DNA of 64,000 nucleotides from Synergistales bacterium (GTDB lineage Bacteria; Synergistota; Synergistia; Synergistales; JAFGMB01): NCBI GenBank assembly GCA_963666205.1, contig OY762654.1, positions 2,720,001 to 2,784,000 of the forward strand, read 5' to 3'. Shown piece by piece: positions 61,342 to 64,000 of this stretch (position 1 is its first letter; each line of letters starts with the position of its first letter). The notes under the pieces were generated by a model. It saw only the letters and a program-made list of their open reading frames with translations, ran no database searches and was not told where the DNA came from. The position numbers and the translations under genes were made by a program.

Positions 61342-61497
61342 TTGACCAACAATAGCGGAAAAGTCTTTGCTGTATTTCCAGATAGATCTCTTGAGGATTT
61401 TGCAAAAGAGGAGCCAGAAGCATTTTCTAGTTTCGCTATGTCGCTTGTTGACTTACTTCTGTCTTTTATAGAAAAGGGGGATGATGTTGAGGGTTAA
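61342..61497 (+). CDS. Possible 51-aa protein
   Basis: TTG start after a G-rich RBS; MTNNSGKVFAVFPDRSLEDF... Confidence 0.35.
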   Translation: MTNNSGKVFAVFPDRSLEDFAKEEPEAFSSFAMSLVDLLLSFIEKGDDVEG

Positions 61498-61669
61498 ATG
61501 GAAATCAATTTGGGCTGCTAGTAATTCAGTCTTGTCTTATTGAAGTGGGATATCAATGGAGAAGATCTAACTATAGGCTAGAGGTCTTGAGAAAGATTGT
61601 GTCTGAAAATTATCAATGAGGATATAGGTTTCTTGCCATTAACCATATTGTATGAATGGGGGATATATC

Positions 61670-64000
61670 TTGGGGAATTTGCTAGATCTGTTTAAAGGAT
61701 GGAGCTGTATTGATCAGATAAATCTTGAAGGCCGACCGGCGAAATATGAATCATGGGAGAATTTACCAATTTCACAAGGTTCCAGAAAAGTATTGTCCCA
61801 AATCAATCCTGAGGGGTTATATTTGCACCAATATCATGCACTTAAAAATGTTCTTAAAAAAAAGAATGTTTGCATGACCACGAGTACAGCTTCGGGAAAG
61901 AGCCTAGTATTTTATATCTCTGCGATAGAGATATTAAAACAAGACCCAACAGCTAAAATCCTAGCAATGTATCCTCTCAAAGCTTTGGGAAGAGAACAAG
62001 AAGACCGCTGGAAAACCACGTTAGCTCAAGCTGGACTAGATGCTCGAGTTGGAAGAATTGATGGTTCAATCTATTCAACTTTACGATCCCAGATTATCCA
62101 AGATTCAAATATATTGATAATGACTCCAGATGTTGTTCACGCGTGGCTTTTATCAAACCTCTCGAACAATAAAATATTAACATTCCTCCAGTCTCTTCGT
62201 ATGGTGATAATAGATGAGGTTCATACTTATAATGGTGTTTTTGGATCAAATGCAGCCTTTCTCATTAGAAGACTGCAATCTACAACGAAACTATTAGACA
62301 TCCAACTCCAGTTCATATGTGCTTCTGCTACCATCGCAAAATCGGAAGAGCACCTCGAGAAACTTGTTGGGGAACCATTTACTCATATTGGAGCAGATCT
62401 TGATACTTCTCCTAAGTATCCTGTAGAGATTTTCCTTCTGAATCCACCCGGAAATTCAGATATCCTCTCTGAAATTGCTACCCTACTTAACAATCTAGTA
62501 ACGCTGGATCATTTTCGGTTCATTTGTTTCGTAGATAGCCGGAAACAAACAGAACATATTGCTTCCATTCTAGCAAGGCAAGATCACCAAGAGGATGATA
62601 GTCAAGATATTAAAGACAAATTTGATCATTTACAGAATCTTGATGTTCTTCCTTACAGGGCTGGTTATGAAGAAGCTGATCGGAGAACAATCCAGCAAAG
62701 ACTCAGCAATGGCTCTCTTAAGGGGGTAGTTAGCACGAGTGCCTTGGAATTAGGTCTTGATATTCCAGATCTTAATGCAGCGGTACTGGTAGGCGTACCG
62801 AGATCTTCCACAAGTCTTCATCAGAGAATTGGTCGAATTGGGAGGCATGGTCCAGGCACTGTTTTTATTATTAATACTGGAGATGTTTTTGATGAAACTG
62901 TTTTTCTTAAGCCCAAAGAATTTATGAATCGGCCTATGGCTGAATGTGCCTTGTATCTTGAAAACCAGAGAATTCAATATATACATGTCCTATGCTTGGG
63001 GAGACATAATGGTGAGTTAGAACAGATATGTCAACATGTTAACATCCAAGCTGATGACGATACTCTGAAAGATCTTTTAGAGTGGCCTAAAGGATTTGGT
63101 GAATTAATTCAAAAAGAAAGGATAGGTGAAATTCCTGTAGATCTTCAAGCAATGAAAGAGGAGGCAGGAGAAGATCCAAATCACTATTATCCGCTTAGAG
63201 ATGTTGGCGTTCAATATAAGGTGGAGTTTCATCATATGGGGACAGTAGAATCGTTGGGAACTCTTTCTAACAGTCAGCTTATGCGGGAAGCTTACCCTGG
63301 AGCTGTCTATTATTACACAACCAAGCCATATCGAGTCTATCAGATTTTTCACAATACCAAGGCAATTAGGGTTAGAAAAGAAAATCATTATTCCACAAAG
63401 CCTCTTGCGTTGCCTACATTGGTCTTTCCTAATCTTACAGAAGGTAATGTTTTTCAGTCTTATCGTTTAGATGAATGTTGTGTTCTTGAAAGTAATCTAC
63501 AGATAAGGGAGTCTGTAATCGGTTTTGAAGAAAGGAGAGGTCCCAACAAGTTTGTTCAAAGTTATCCAGTTGACCATTCTGAAACAGGTATTAGATTTGA
63601 TATGCCGAGATTTGCCAGAAATTTCTTTACCACCGGCATAATTCTATTCCATCCTTGTTTAATGAATACAGGAGTAGAAGTTGAAAAGATTGCCTCAATT
63701 ATTTTCGAAGCATTTCTAATGCACATACCATTTGAGAGGCGGGACCTGAATTATTCTTGTGATAAATTTAGAAAAACCAGAGGTTTGGCAGAGAAAGACC
63801 AAAGATTTATTGCTGTATATGATCAAACCTATGGGAGTCTGAGATTATCTAGCAGATTACTTGAAGCGGGAACCCTAAAGAAAGTATTAGAAATAACCTT
63901 GGAAATGATAAAAACAGACGCAGCGCCAGAATTGTCAGAAGCCTCATTGGAAGCTTTAAATTCACTTTATGAATGTTCCCAAATGACTCAGATATCCTTT
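61670..64000 (+). CDS. MrfA/YprA-like DEAH-box helicase, 3'-partial (missing from the ORF track)
   Basis: Open frame to the window end: LYLHQ, TSTASGKS, YPLKAL, DEVH.Y.GVFGS, SAT, YRAGY, TSALELGLDI, QRIGRIGR. Confidence 0.9.
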   Translation, partial: MGNLLDLFKGWSCIDQINLEGRPAKYESWENLPISQGSRKVLSQINPEGLYLHQYHALKNVLKKKNVCMTTSTASGKSLVFYISAIEILKQDPTAKILAMYPLKALGREQEDRWKTTLAQAGLDARVGRIDGSIYSTLRSQIIQDSNILIMTPDVVHAWLLSNLSNNKILTFLQSLRMVIIDEVHTYNGVFGSNAAFLIRRLQSTTKLLDIQLQFICASATIAKSEEHLEKLVGEPFTHIGADLDTSPKYPVEIFLLNPPGNSDILSEIATLLNNLVTLDHFRFICFVDSRKQTEHIASILARQDHQEDDSQDIKDKFDHLQNLDVLPYRAGYEEADRRTIQQRLSNGSLKGVVSTSALELGLDIPDLNAAVLVGVPRSSTSLHQRIGRIGRHGPGTVFIINTGDVFDETVFLKPKEFMNRPMAECALYLENQRIQYIHVLCLGRHNGELEQICQHVNIQADDDTLKDLLEWPKGFGELIQKERIGEIPVDLQAMKEEAGEDPNHYYPLRDVGVQYKVEFHHMGTVESLGTLSNSQLMREAYPGAVYYYTTKPYRVYQIFHNTKAIRVRKENHYSTKPLALPTLVFPNLTEGNVFQSYRLDECCVLESNLQIRESVIGFEERRGPNKFVQSYPVDHSETGIRFDMPRFARNFFTTGIILFHPCLMNTGVEVEKIASIIFEAFLMHIPFERRDLNYSCDKFRKTRGLAEKDQRFIAVYDQTYGSLRLSSRLLEAGTLKKVLEITLEMIKTDAAPELSEASLEALNSLYECSQMTQISF

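Larger units (their letters stand above)
31132..64000. mobile_element. Genomic/defence island next to tRNA-Arg; right end not in window
   Basis: Integrase just after the tRNA, replication gene, second recombinase, defence cargo, AT-rich ORFs; no duplicated tRNA end found. Confidence 0.8.

Noticed and set aside
31392-64000. Prophage or integron
   Set aside because: No virion or lysis genes; the integrase is not recognisably IntI-like and the 39-bp hairpins lack attC R-box ends.

Overview
Bacterial chromosomal window, probably from an anaerobe such as a Synergistota member (inferred from gene content only). The core backbone carries an MBL hydrolase, an isochorismatase, tRNA-Pro, smpB and ssrA (tmRNA), a glutamate-synthase-like FMN protein, a nitrilase, azlCD, EamA, MOSC, a complete 14-gene Mrp-linked group 4 [NiFe]-hydrogenase operon (mbhA-N order), gltX, polA, a SurA/PrsA-like foldase, tRNA-Ser and tRNA-Arg. 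Two accessory regions interrupt it. (1) A ~5 kb integrase-less nuclease islet at the tmRNA 3' end (Mrr, PD-(D/E)XK, NucS-like), bounded by a ~188-bp direct duplication with an inverted tmRNA end and arm-like repeats. (2) A >32 kb island from just after tRNA-Arg to the window end: tyrosine integrase, double-HD protein, AEP primase-DUF927 helicase, a second recombinase, a DUF499/DUF1156/PLD-SNF2 restriction-like defence operon, DUF2958, a repeat-flanked pair of secreted proteins (one with a nuclease motif), an unknown tail-anchored three-gene operon, a K+ channel-endonuclease operon and a truncated MrfA-like helicase. A GTAC motif with 9-nt spacing recurs at three island sites and resembles a satellite-type replication origin. 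No CRISPR array or rRNA was seen. All family calls come from motif recognition by eye; no database searches were run.
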